From Hemiscyllium ocellatum (lineage: Eukaryota): a stretch of 64,000 nucleotides of DNA. Below, piece after piece: positions 47,441 through 58,412 of the stretch. The DNA lies in NCBI RefSeq assembly GCF_020745735.1, contig NC_083446.1, positions 29,797,493-29,861,492 of the forward strand, in the 5' to 3' direction. Position 1 is the stretch's first letter. Every line of letters starts with the position of its first letter. Made by a program: the position numbers and the translations under genes. The notes below the pieces were generated by a model that saw only the letters and a program-made list of their open reading frames with translations, searched no databases and was not told the DNA's origin.

Positions 47441-47479
47441 TTGGTTGGGGGGGGGGGGGGGGGGGGGGATGATCCCTCG

Positions 47480-48455
47480 ATGACGAGGGATATTGAGGGT
47501 TATTTAAGGAAAACAAAGAAGGCATACATTGGGTTTAAGATATCGTGCTCAAGTCAATCCTTAGGTGATTATACAAAGTGTAGAAGCACCCTTAAGAAGG
47601 GAATCAGAAACGCAAAAAGATGATATGAGAACGATCTCTCAGAAAAAAAAGGTTAAATATTATCTCAAAAGTGTTCATAGCTATTTTAATAGTAGAAGTG
47701 TGGCGAGGGAGAGTATAGGTCCCCTTAACGATCAGCATGGCCGTCCTTGTGTGGAATTAAAAAATGTATCTTTGTCCTCCATGTTTACTTAAAGCACAAT
47801 AAGGTGGATAAATTCTCTGGGAATGAGCTTGTCCGTCCTTGGATGTTATGGGAGACTGGGGAAGAAATTGCAGAGGCCCTTGCAGAGACTTTTGCTTCAT
47901 CTTTTGCTACTGGAGAGCTTCCAGAAGATTGGAGGGTGGCTAATGTTGTTCCATTGCCTAAGAAAGGTAGCAAAGACAAACAAAGGAACTCTTGATCAGT
48001 GAACGTAATATCAGTGTTAGGCAGGTTTTTGCAGAGGATAATGAGAGACAGGATCAACCAACATTTGGATAGCCAAGGTCTGATTAGGGATAGTCAGGTA
48101 GATTTCTGTGCGGGAAATCATATCTGTCAAATCTTTTAAAGTGTTTCAAAGAGGTAACTGTGAGAATAGATTAGCGTAGGACGGTTGGGGATCTATATAT
48201 GGACTTCCATAAGGCTTTTGACAAGGTCCTATAGGGCAGATTAGTCAGTGAGTTTAGGTTACGTGGGATCCAGAGAGAGCAAGCTAGTGTGATTCAAAAT
48301 TGGTCGATTGTAGGAAGCAGAGAGTGGTAGAATAAGATCATTTCTCAGACTGAAGGCTTATTGGTAACGGTGTGCCACAACAGTCGGTGCTGAGAACTTT
48401 GTCATTTGTTATTTATATAAATGACCTGGATGTGAATATACAAGGCATGTTTAGA
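47480..48455 (+). mobile_element. Second decayed CR1 ORF2 fragment
   Basis: ORF 47747-47995 (EEIAEALA..F.SSFATGELPEDWRVANVVPL.KKG). Confidence 0.85.
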
Positions 48456-48459
48456 TAAT

Positions 48460-50067
48460 GGAAGGGGCTTCCCAATAAGAAACGGTCTGTCTTTTTGACT
48501 ATCTTGAAAGTATGGGTAGTCCATAGCTACAAAATATGGACGCACTGGGCTCTTAGGCTGAATGCTGTTCAATAGAAAGTGGTAGGACGTTCAGTAAGAG
48601 TTGTGATTATTGTCCCAGACTGGTTGCTTCCATCCCACGATTGAGAAGAAGGAGATGCCATTAGGGGTCTCATAGTAAGGTGTGAGCCATTACCAATATC
48701 ACAAAGAGCCGGAAAAACCACAATAACAGAGAAACCGTCCTCCAGGAGGCACGCACATGGGATGCAAGGTGCCACAGGGAAGCAGTAGTGGTTGGTACAT
48801 TGGCCCAAGGCACATAGAAAAAACTTAGTCACATTCACCCCCATCCTGTACAGTTGTAACAAATTGGATAGGATTACCGGACTTATTAGAGGAATTCCAC
48901 AGGCAGGTAGAAGGTGGGGGAAAAAAAAAGCAAAGACAAATAAGTGCTGACTTTCTTCATGAAGAGGCAGAGAAAATAAAAGCATGTTGCAGCCGAAAAC
49001 AGTGAAACATTTAGCATCTAAGGGTACCAAGGCAAGAATATGAACTGGTTTTGGCACCAAGGCATGATCAAACTGTGCAATGCATTGATAGCTCTTAAAT
49101 CTGGAACCAGTCGATACTGTTCTGGCGTGATAGACTTTTGGACATCTCCCTGGAGTCCACGACTCCTTTTTTGTGGTTTACAATGTGTTCTTATCAGGAT
49201 ATTTTCGGGATGGACTTGCACGATAGAGAGCGAGGGGTTGAATCAACCACGTTTGAATGTGAGGAAAACCAAACAGAGAAAATACTCAAGTCTGGGCTGC
49301 CAATTTCTCTACACACAATGGTGGAGTACTGAAAGCTCTTATACCATTGTCCGCAATCCGTCCACACCGAATCCGAGTCACGACACCAGATGAAGATCTG
49401 GACCCCTGGCAACGTCTCTCGGTTCTGTGATCGTCAATAAACACTCGCAATTCGTATGGCTGTGAAGACTTCACTCTTTATTTTTCATACGGCCGAGCCC
49501 AGAGCGTGCAGAAGCACCGATGTTGTACACTTTCGTGCTCCTTGGAGGAACTGTGCAAAAAGCTTAAACCAAGGACATGATCAAATATTACATTCAGACA
49601 ATTACCAATCAAAATTACACGTTGTGAAAGTGCCTTGGTCCAATGATATTTCCTGAAACCAACTCTTTTTTTACCAAATATCAGGACACCCTTATCTCAC
49701 TAACAGAGCCATTGCACCTACACCTAAAGGCCGGCTAAAACTGTGTTATCTAGCACTGCAGCTAAAGGCCGGCTAAAACTGTCTTATTTAACACTGCACC
49801 AAAAGGCCGGCTAAAATAGTCTTATCTAGCTGAGTTATTTATATGCTTTAAAGGGCACATTTTCTGCTAAACACTACTGATGCTGACTGTTGTTAGTCAC
49901 TTATTCAGAATTAGCAGTTAGTAACTTAAAAACCATTTTCTGCGGCTTTAGCAGAATTGTGAGTTTGCAGCCTAGAAGCCATTTTGTCATGTTATTTGCA
50001 CCGAGAAGCCATCTTGTTGTCACCTAGGATATGAAGAGCAGCTGTTAACTGGTTGTCACTGACTACA
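48460..50067 (-). mobile_element. Deleted class I (epsilon/gamma-like) endogenous retrovirus: LTR about 49391-50067, tRNA-His PBS, RT fragment
   Basis: Minus PBS TGGTGTCGTGACTCGGAT (49371-49388) lies 2 nt after ...CTTCA. RT reads QYRLVPDLRAIN/(fs)VPKPVHILALVPLDAKCFTV...FSLPLHEESQHLFVF at about 48925-49120. The LTR has TATAAATA (about 49835-49842), AATAAA (49477-49482) and 3x38-bp repeats (49725-49832). The outer LTR end is tentative. Confidence 0.8.
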
Positions 50068-50114
50068 ACCGGTCACCTCAGCCTGTATTCAGGTGTCAGA
50101 TCCAAACCTGTCCC

Positions 50115-50300
50115 TCTGTAACAGGCTCGAGAGCTAAATGGCCTCCTCCTATCCCTGTGTAACAGACTGCACAGGTTGAATGGCCTCCTCCTATCCCTAT
50201 GAACAGACTAGAGAGGCTGAATTTCCTCGTCCTATCCCTCTATAACACATTCAAGAGGCTGAATGGCCTCCTCCTGTCCCTCTCTAACAGCCCCGAGACA
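50115..50300 (+). repeat. 41-42-bp minisatellite, about 4.5 units
   Basis: TGTAACAGGCTCGAGAG(G)CTGAATGGCCTCCTCCTATCCCT units. Confidence 0.9.
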
Positions 50301-51120
50301 TTAAACGACACAGCAATCGATGGATTATGAGGGGCCAGTAAACGGTATCGAATGAAGGTCCCTCCCTTCTCAATTACAGAGACATAAAGAACACTATTTA
50401 CTCCAGGTGCTCTCTCAGTAACAACTCATTCAACTGCAATAACATTTCTCTCTGTTTTGAATAGTTCCCTTTGCATCTTTTCACCTCTTCAAGTGGGAAT
50501 ACGCTAATGCGGGCTTGAATGGCCTCCTCCTATCCCTGTGTAACAGGCGCATTGGGAGAGAATCGATTCCCCCGTCCCTGAGTCGCTAATACAATGCTTT
50601 GTCAAAGTTATGAACGGGTTTGATAACTGGGCACTTTTACCGAGGAGTAACCTCATGCAAAGTCACTTGTCAACATACCTTTGGTTAAAGTTTCTAGAAA
50701 CTCCACCCACCCCCAGTCATTTTTGTAGCTGCGATGATATTTTATTCCTGTCTCCTTTTATAAGCAGGGTGGGACTTAAACAACCCTGCAGTATTCCGGC
50801 AATACGCCCACATACAAAGAAAAATGATAAAATAGATTGAAAGCTTCATGGTCCATCCGTCAATAACTCTCATCCATTCCATCTAGACTGAGTAAATGCT
50901 GACTTTTATTTTGATATGAACAGGGATGTTACGAAGGGATTAACTGAGTCTGTTTGTTCGGTGACTGTGATTAATGCCAATCTTCATGGCTTCTAATTAT
51001 CCCATTGGAGACTTCCCATCTTTTAAACATAAATGGGCTATGTTCAATGTGTTATCCCACAGTATCAGCAGGAGCATCACCTATATCAGTTCCAGAGAGA
51101 AGGGGAGGAGAGATCAGAAT

Positions 51121-51289
51121 ATGGGAACATTAGACTGGAATGTTACAACAATGCACAGGAGTTTATCCACTGATTTTTCTATTCTTTCTGCATATTATGA
51201 TGGGTTGCCATTATCATGGCGGATCTATTATGCCCTTTGCATTATTCAATACTTTTATTATCCTCTCCTGGCTATCGTTGGTGTCCTTG
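51121..51289 (+). CDS. gpr139-like: Exon 1 of a GPR139-like class A GPCR (N-terminus plus start of TM1); exon 2 not in the window
   Basis: MGTLDWNVTTMHRSLSTDFSILSAYYDGLPLSWRIYYALCIIQYFYYPLLAIVGVL, then G|GTAAGT (phase 1). NVT sequon. Motif as recalled for the expanded shark GPR139-like family. Confidence 0.75.
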
Positions 51290-51829
51290 GTAAGTCTCAC
51301 TCTCCAGTTATTTTTTCTATAAAGCAGTTATGAATGCATTAATGTTCTTTCATAAAGTCTGCATGTCTTGCCACCATTATTCTTCCTGTTGAGACTTTGA
51401 ATCCAGATATTCACTCCACAGACTAAAACTAACTGCATTTGAACTTGTTCAATTACTGTCTCCCTCCTTACTTCTGGCAGTGTTACTTATGGGTCTCTAT
51501 GTTAACATACTCAGCGGTGAACCATTACCTCACTGACCTTGCTATTTAAATATTGGGAGCATGGGCGTAACTGCCTTCTGTTACGGTGACAAACTCCGTT
51601 TCGTTCATATGATTCCAAACCTTCCTTTTCCAAGAGCTTCTAACAATACATTTTTGGAATTTACTCATCGCTGGTTGGCCAGCATTGATATCTCATCCCA
51701 CTTGGCCTTTGAGGAGATGGTGGTGAGCTGTCTTCTTCAATCTTTGCAGTCCGCTCACTGTTGGTTGACCAATTGCAGTATTTCAGTAGGGAGGGAATTT
51801 CAGGAAATTGATCCAACGACTGTGAGGGA

Positions 51830-52650
51830 ATGGCGGTAGTGCCAGAAGACTGGAGGAGAGCAAATGTTGTCTCTTTTTCCAAGAAGGGGAGTAGATACAA
51901 CCCTAGAAATTATAGATCAGTGAGCCTTACATTAGTTGTGGATAGAGTATTGGGCAAGGTTACAAGAGTAAGTCCTTATAAAAATCTCAAGCAGAATAAG
52001 TTGATTCGGGATAGTCAACACGGTTTTATGAACTGAAGATTCTGTCTCACAAACCTTACTGAGTTCTTTGAGAAGACGACCAAATAGGTGATTAGGGTAA
52101 AGTGGCTGATGTGATGTATATGGATTTCAGTACGGTGTTTGATAAGGTTGAGCACGGGAGGCTATTGCGCAAAATGCAGAGGTATGTCATTGAAGGCGAT
52201 TTAGCGGTTTGGATCAGACATTGGAAGACAGAGCATGGAGATTGATGGGAAATGAGCATTCTGGAGTTCAGTTACTAATGGTGAACCGCAAGGGTCTAAT
52301 TTGTGACCACTGGTGTTTGTCACTTTTATATATGACCTCGATGAAGCAGGATGGCATAGTAAATTTGCAGATGGCACTTGGGTTGCTGGAGTTGTGGATA
52401 GTGCCGAAAGATGCTTCAGGTTACACAGCGGCATAGATTAGCTGCACAACTGGGCTGAGAAGTTGCAAATGGAGATTAATGCGTAAAAGTTTGAGGTGAT
52501 GCACTTTAGAAGGAGCAACAAAAATAAAGAGCACTGGGCTAATGGGAAGATTCATGGACATGAGGATGAGCAGACAGATGTCGGTGTCTATATGCAGAGA
52601 TCCCTGAAAGCTGTCACCGAGGTTGATCGAGTTTTTAAGAAGGCATCCGG
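51830..52650 (+). mobile_element. Decayed CR1 RT fragment
   Basis: ORF 51830-52036 (VPEDWRRANVV..SKKGSRYNPRNYRSVSLT). Confidence 0.85.
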
Positions 52651-54375
52651 TGGGGGGGGGGATTCAAGATGGTGGCAATTTTGTAGGTCTGCCCGGCTGA
52701 GCTCTGCGTCAGAACCCAGGCAAAGTGGAACACTCACTCTCCCTTTATTACCCATTGCCGTCAAAATCATTAGCTTTTGTTGACCTGAATTGCTGTCTGT
52801 GAGATTAAAATTGTTAGCAAAATGACGAAAGGAAAGGGACTGCGGGGATTGCAACAAGCAGGATACTCGCCTGCAGCAAGGGACACATCTAGGGCCGCAT
52901 CATCGACCTAAGCGAGCGCTCCAGGCGACTCAGCTGTGGAGCACAGCCTGGTCTTGGAGTTGGTGAAACTCTGAGAGAAGATCAATTCAGCGATGGAGGA
53001 ATCCCGGACCAGGATTGAACCGGTCTCAGTAATGTTGCAGAAGCACGGCCAGGAGATCCAACATCTCAGGCAGCACACCATGGAGGCGGAGCAACGGACT
53101 TCAGCCTCTGAAACCGTGGCAGAATCCTTGGCGTGTCAGGTCCAGGCACTGGAAGAACAGGTACAGGCTTTGGAAGAGCAGGTGTATGAGCTCGAAAATC
53201 AAGACTGCCAGAAGAACATCAGCCTGGTCGGGCAGCAGGAACAGGAAGAGTGATACAAGCTGGTCAGCTTCTTGGAGCAATAGTTCCCGCAGTTTTTGAA
53301 GCTGGGAGTAGGGTCGGGCCGTATTCAGGTGAGTGGGCCCACCGGTCACAGTGCACAGGCCTCAAATGGACCAGCGTCCCCACCCGGTCCTCATGTGACG
53401 CCAACAGTTACTGATATAAGCAAACAGTACTGGAAGGAGCGATAACCTCTGGTATACAAAGGATTACGAATTATGCTTTTTCAAGACATTTCTGCGATCG
53501 TGATTAGAAAAAGGAAGGGCTTTGATGGGTTAAAATGGCAACTGAGGGACTTGAATATAAGATACTACATTTCAGACATGAAGTATCCGTATTTAATTTT
53601 GACTCACCATAAAAAACAAAGGACTTCCTGGAAACCCTGTAATAGACTGGCTGGCTCGAATAATACGGACAATCATGTTTACTTTATTTTTTCTCTGTGG
53701 TTTACCTGTTCATTCTTTATATATATATTTGGGGGTGTTCTATTTTCTACTTTTTTCGATCTCTTCGCCCTTCTCTCTCTCCTCCTGTTATCCTTTGTTT
53801 TTATTTTTTTCATTTCCTTTTCATTTCGCTCCCTTGATATGGGATGGGGACGTGGTTGGGGGAAGCAGGGGGTGTTTCGTCTTTTTTAACCAGGAGTACC
53901 AAGGATTAAAGCATGGGTAGGACAGGTTGATGCACACTTTTAATTGTCTTATTCTAAGATGCTGTCTGGCTTTGGGGCACAGCTTCAGCTGAAAGGAGCC
54001 ATGAAAGTGTTAGTGAGTAGTATGAGCCCTCCCTGTGGTCAAGGGGGCAAAGTTTCCTTTCAATTGTATTAGATGTTGGTCTGTTGTAGACGTAGACGTT
54101 AGACGTTTCGACCTGGTACGTTTGGAAGTTGCGTTTTTAAATTATGCAAACTGTTTGATGTTTTCTCTCGGCACGCTATGAGTGGGGTTCATCTTCCTGG
54201 TGATCAGACGGATGTAGCTCACCGTTAAATGGCGCACCTGGAATGTTATGGGCAGTCATTCAGCAAGTCAGAGTAAAAAGATGTTTTTAAACCTGAGATA
54301 AAAGAGGGCTGATGTCGTCTTGTTGCAAGAAACACATCTAACCCGTAAGGAACACTTCAATTTAAAGCAGGGAGT
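52650..54375 (+). mobile_element. L1-clade LINE 5' part: UTR, ORF1 coiled-coil/RRM remnant, start of ORF2 endonuclease
   Basis: G-run plus ATTCAAGATGG start; ORF 52993-53253 (QALEEQVQALEEQVYELENQDCQKNISLVG); at about 54305-54340 RADVVLLQETHL. Confidence 0.85.
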
Positions 54376-54384
54376 ACAAACCTA

Positions 54385-56930
54385 AGCATATGTATCCCTC
54401 TGCTCACTACTTACTGATGCATTTGTCTAGACGCATCTTAAATGAGTCTACCGTGCCTGCTTCTGCCACCTCTGCTGGCAACGCGTTCCAAACGCCCACT
54501 AACCTTGTGTGAAGTTATTGCCACGTGTATCCCCCTTAAACTTTGCACCTTGAAAGTGTGACTTCTCGTTATTGAATCCTTCACCCTGGGGAAAAGCTTG
54601 TCTCTATCCACTCTTTCTATACCCTTCATGATTTCGTAAAGCTCAATCAGTTCCCCGCTCAATCTCCTTATTTATAATGAAAATGAACCTAACCTACTGA
54701 ACTTTTTTTCATAGCTAGCACCATCCATACTAGGCAACATCCTCGTAAACTTTCTTTGCACCCTCTCCAAAGCGTCCACATCCTTTTGGTAATTTGGCGA
54801 CCAGAACTGTACATAGGATTCTAAATGCGGCCGAACCAATGTCTTGTCAGCTGTTATACTCAATACCCCATCCAATGAAGACAAGCATATTATATGCCTC
54901 TTGACCACTATATCCACCTGTGCAGCAAACTTCAGGGTACACTGGAACTGCACTACCAGATCTCTCTGCCCATAAACTTTCCGCAAGGCTCTTCCATTCA
55001 TTGTATAATTCGCTATAGAATTAGTCTTGCCTAAATGTATCATCTCAGATTTGTCTGGATTCAAATGCATCTGCCACTTTTCCACCCAACTCTCCAGTCT
55101 ATCTATATCCTACTGTATTCTTTGACAGTCCCTTATGCATTCTGCTACTCCATCAATCTTTGCGTCATCTAAAAACTTGCTGATCATACCAATAGTGCCC
55201 TATTCCAGATCATTCATGTACATTTCAAACAAAAGTGACCACAACACTGACCCCTGTGGAACATCACAAGTCACTTTTCTCAATTGCGAGAAACTCCCTT
55301 CAACCACTACTCTCTGTCTCCTGCTGCTCAACCAGTTCTTCATCCATCTAGCGAGAACGCCCAGCATGCCATATGACTTCACTTTCTCCCTTAGTCTACC
55401 ATTTGGAACCTTATCAAACATCTTACTGAAGTCCATGTATATGATATCAACAGCCCTTCCTTCATCTATCAACTTAGTCACTTCCTCAAAGAACTCAATG
55501 TTGGTAAGGCACGATCTCCCACACACAAAATCATTTTGCCTATCACTGATAAGCCCACTCTTTTCTAAATATAAATAGATGCCATCCATCAGTACCCTCT
55601 CCATCAACTTTCCCACCACCGGGTCAGGCTCACTGGTCTGTAGCTACCTGGAATATCCCTACTACACTTCTTGTACAGGGGGACAAAATGAGCAACTCTC
55701 CAGTCCTCCGCCACATCATCTGTACTAATGGATGCCACAAAGGTATCTGTCAGGGCCATAGCTATTTCCGCTCTCGCCTCCTTCAGCAACCTGGGATAGA
55801 TCACATCCGGTCCTGGGGATTTGTCCACCTTAATAACCTGTAGCTACCCAACACATCTTCTCCATTTATGTCAACGTGATCCAGACGATCTCTAATCTCA
55901 ACATTCATCACGCTCCTTCCTCAGTGAACACTGATGCAAAGTAATCATTCAGAATCTCACCCATTCTCCCAGGTTCGACACACAGCCTTCCTTCATTATC
56001 TTTGAGTAGTTACCTGCTTACTTCTTATATAAGAATAAAATGCTTTGGAATTCTTCTAATTCTGCCTGCTAATGCTATTTCATGATCCCTTTTAGTCCGC
56101 TTGATTCCTTGTTTAGACTTGTCCTTCTCTTGCAATATTCTTCCAGTGCCCGTTCTGTACTTAGCTGCCTAGATCTTATGTATGCTTCCCTTTTCCTCTT
56201 GGCTAGTCGTACAATTTCTCCTGTCATCCATGGTTCATGAATCCTGCCCTTCCTATCCTTTGCCATCAACGGGACATGCCTATTCTGCACTATCTTTCCC
56301 CTATTTTTGAAAGCCTTCCACATCTCAAATGTGGACTTCCCTACAAATAGCTGTGTCCAATCCACATTTCCGAGTTCCTGCCTAATTTTGATATAATTAA
56401 CCTTGACCCAGTTTAGTACTCTTCCCTTAGGACCACTCTCTACTTTATCTACGAATATTCTAAAACTTACAGAATTATGGTCACTGTTCCAAAAGAAATC
56501 CCCCACCGCACCTTTTACCACCTGTCGTGGATCGTTCCCCAGTACTGGTCCAATATGGCCCCTTCCCTCATCGGACTATTGACATACTGTAGTAGAAAAC
56601 TCCCCTGGGCGCTTCTTCCAAATTCTTCCCCATCCAGACGCTAACTGTATTCCAGTCAATGTTGGGAAAATTAAAATCTCCTATCGCCACTTCCCTATTG
56701 CCTCTACATCTTTCCATAATCTGTTTGCCTATTTGTTCTTCTACCTCACGCTCACTGTTGGAAGGCCTTAATACAGCCCAACAATGTAACTGCACCCTTC
56801 TTATTTCTCAGCTCCACCCATAATGCCTCACTACCCAAGACATCCATAGTTTGCTCCTTTAGCACAGCCGTGATATCGTCCTTGACCAGCAATGCAACTC
56901 ACCCCCACCCCTCTTTTGCTTTCCTCTCTG
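54385..56930 (-). mobile_element. CR1 ORF2 (endonuclease end plus RT) with tail, disrupted
   Basis: Minus ORFs 55200-55619 (GRSCLTN...DFSKMFDKVP...VPQGSVL), 55604-55828, 56075-56521 and 54672-55085. Confidence 0.95.
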
Positions 56931-56959
56931 TCCTGTGTTAAGCGTCATGTGTGGAAGTT

Positions 56960-58412
56960 ATTAATAATTTCCCAACAATTAAAGGGAGTCGGGGGCTGAG
57001 TTAAGTATGGTTGCTGTTACAAAAGAGAAAGTGCTAGAAAAGCTAAAAGGTCTTAAAATTGATCAATCTCCTGGCCGATGGGATACATCCTAGAGTTCTG
57101 AGAGAGGTGGCTGAGGAAATAGCGGAGGCATTGGTTTAGATCTTTCAAGAGTAATTGGAGTCAGGGAAAGTCCCGGATGATTGGAAGATCGCTGTTGTAA
57201 CACCCTTGTTCAAGAAAGGATCAAGACAAAAGATGGAAAATTATAGGCCAATTAGCCTAACCCCAGTTGTTGTTAAAATTCTAGAATCCATCATTAAGGA
57301 TGAGGTTTCTAAATTCTTGGAAGAGCAGAGTCTGATTAGAACAAGTCAACATTGATTTAGCAAGGCGAGGTCATGCCTGAGAAACCTGTTGGAATTCTTT
57401 GAAGAGGTGACAAGTAGGTTAGACCAGGGAAACCCAGTGGATGTGGTCTATCTAGACTTCCAAAAGGCCTTTGATAAGGTGCCACACGGGAGGCTGCTGA
57501 GCAAGGCGAGGGCCCATGGTGTTCAAGGTGAGCTACTGGTATGGATTGAGGATTGGCTGTCTGACAGAATGCAGAGAGTTGGGATAAAAGGTTCTTATTC
57601 AGAATGGCAGCCGGTGACAAGCAGTATCCCGCAGGCTTCAGTGTTGGGGCCGCAGCTGTTCACGTTATATATTAATGATCTGGATGAAGGGCCTGGGGGC
57701 ATTCTAGCGAAGTTTTCCGATTATACAAAGTTAGGTGGACAGGCAGGTAGTACTGAGGAAGTGGGGAGGCTGCAGAAGGATCTAGTCAGTTTAGGAGAGT
57801 GGTCCAGGAAATGGCTGATGGAATTCAACGGGAGCAAATTCGAGGTCTTGCACTTTGGAGAAAAGAATGAAAGCATAGACTACTTTCTAAACGGTGAGAA
57901 AATTCGTAAAGCCAAAGTACAAAGGGATCTGGGAGTGCTAGTCGAAGATTCTCTAAAGGTAAACATGCAGGTTGAGTTCGTGATTAAGAAAGCGAATACA
58001 ATGTTGTCACTTATCTCAAGAGGGTTGGAATATAATGCATCGTTGTTCTACTGAGACTTTATAAAGCTCTGGTTAGGCCCCATTTGGAGTACTGTGTCCA
58101 GTTTTGGTCCCCACACCTCAGGAAGGACATACTGGCACTGGAACGTATCCAGCGGAGATTCACACGGATGATCCCTGGAATGGTAGGTCTAACATACGAG
58201 GAACGGCTGAGGATACTGGGATTGTATTCATTGTAGTTTAGAAGATTAAGGGGAGAATTAATAGAAACTTACAAGATAATACAAACCTTGGAAAGGGGTG
58301 ACGCTAGGAAATGTTTTTCCGTTAGGTGAGGAGACTAGGACCCGTGGACACAGCCTTAAAATTAGAGGGGGTCAATTCAGAACAGAAATGCGGAGACATT
58401 TCTTCAGCCAGA
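56960..58412 (+). mobile_element. CR1 RT region, same subfamily as 11140-12600, 3'-truncated
   Basis: ORF 57389-58054, 221 aa (YLDFQKAFDKVPH...PQASVLGPQLF...KFSDYTKLGG). Confidence 0.95.

Noticed and set aside
47447-47468. G22 homopolymer as a G-quadruplex or regulatory element
   Set aside because: It sits at a junction of two CR1 fragments and may be junction filler or a sequencing artefact.
53473-53889. ORF with a very hydrophobic C-terminus as a membrane protein
   Set aside because: It is the L1 ORF1 end running into the T-rich inter-ORF spacer; the hydrophobicity is compositional.
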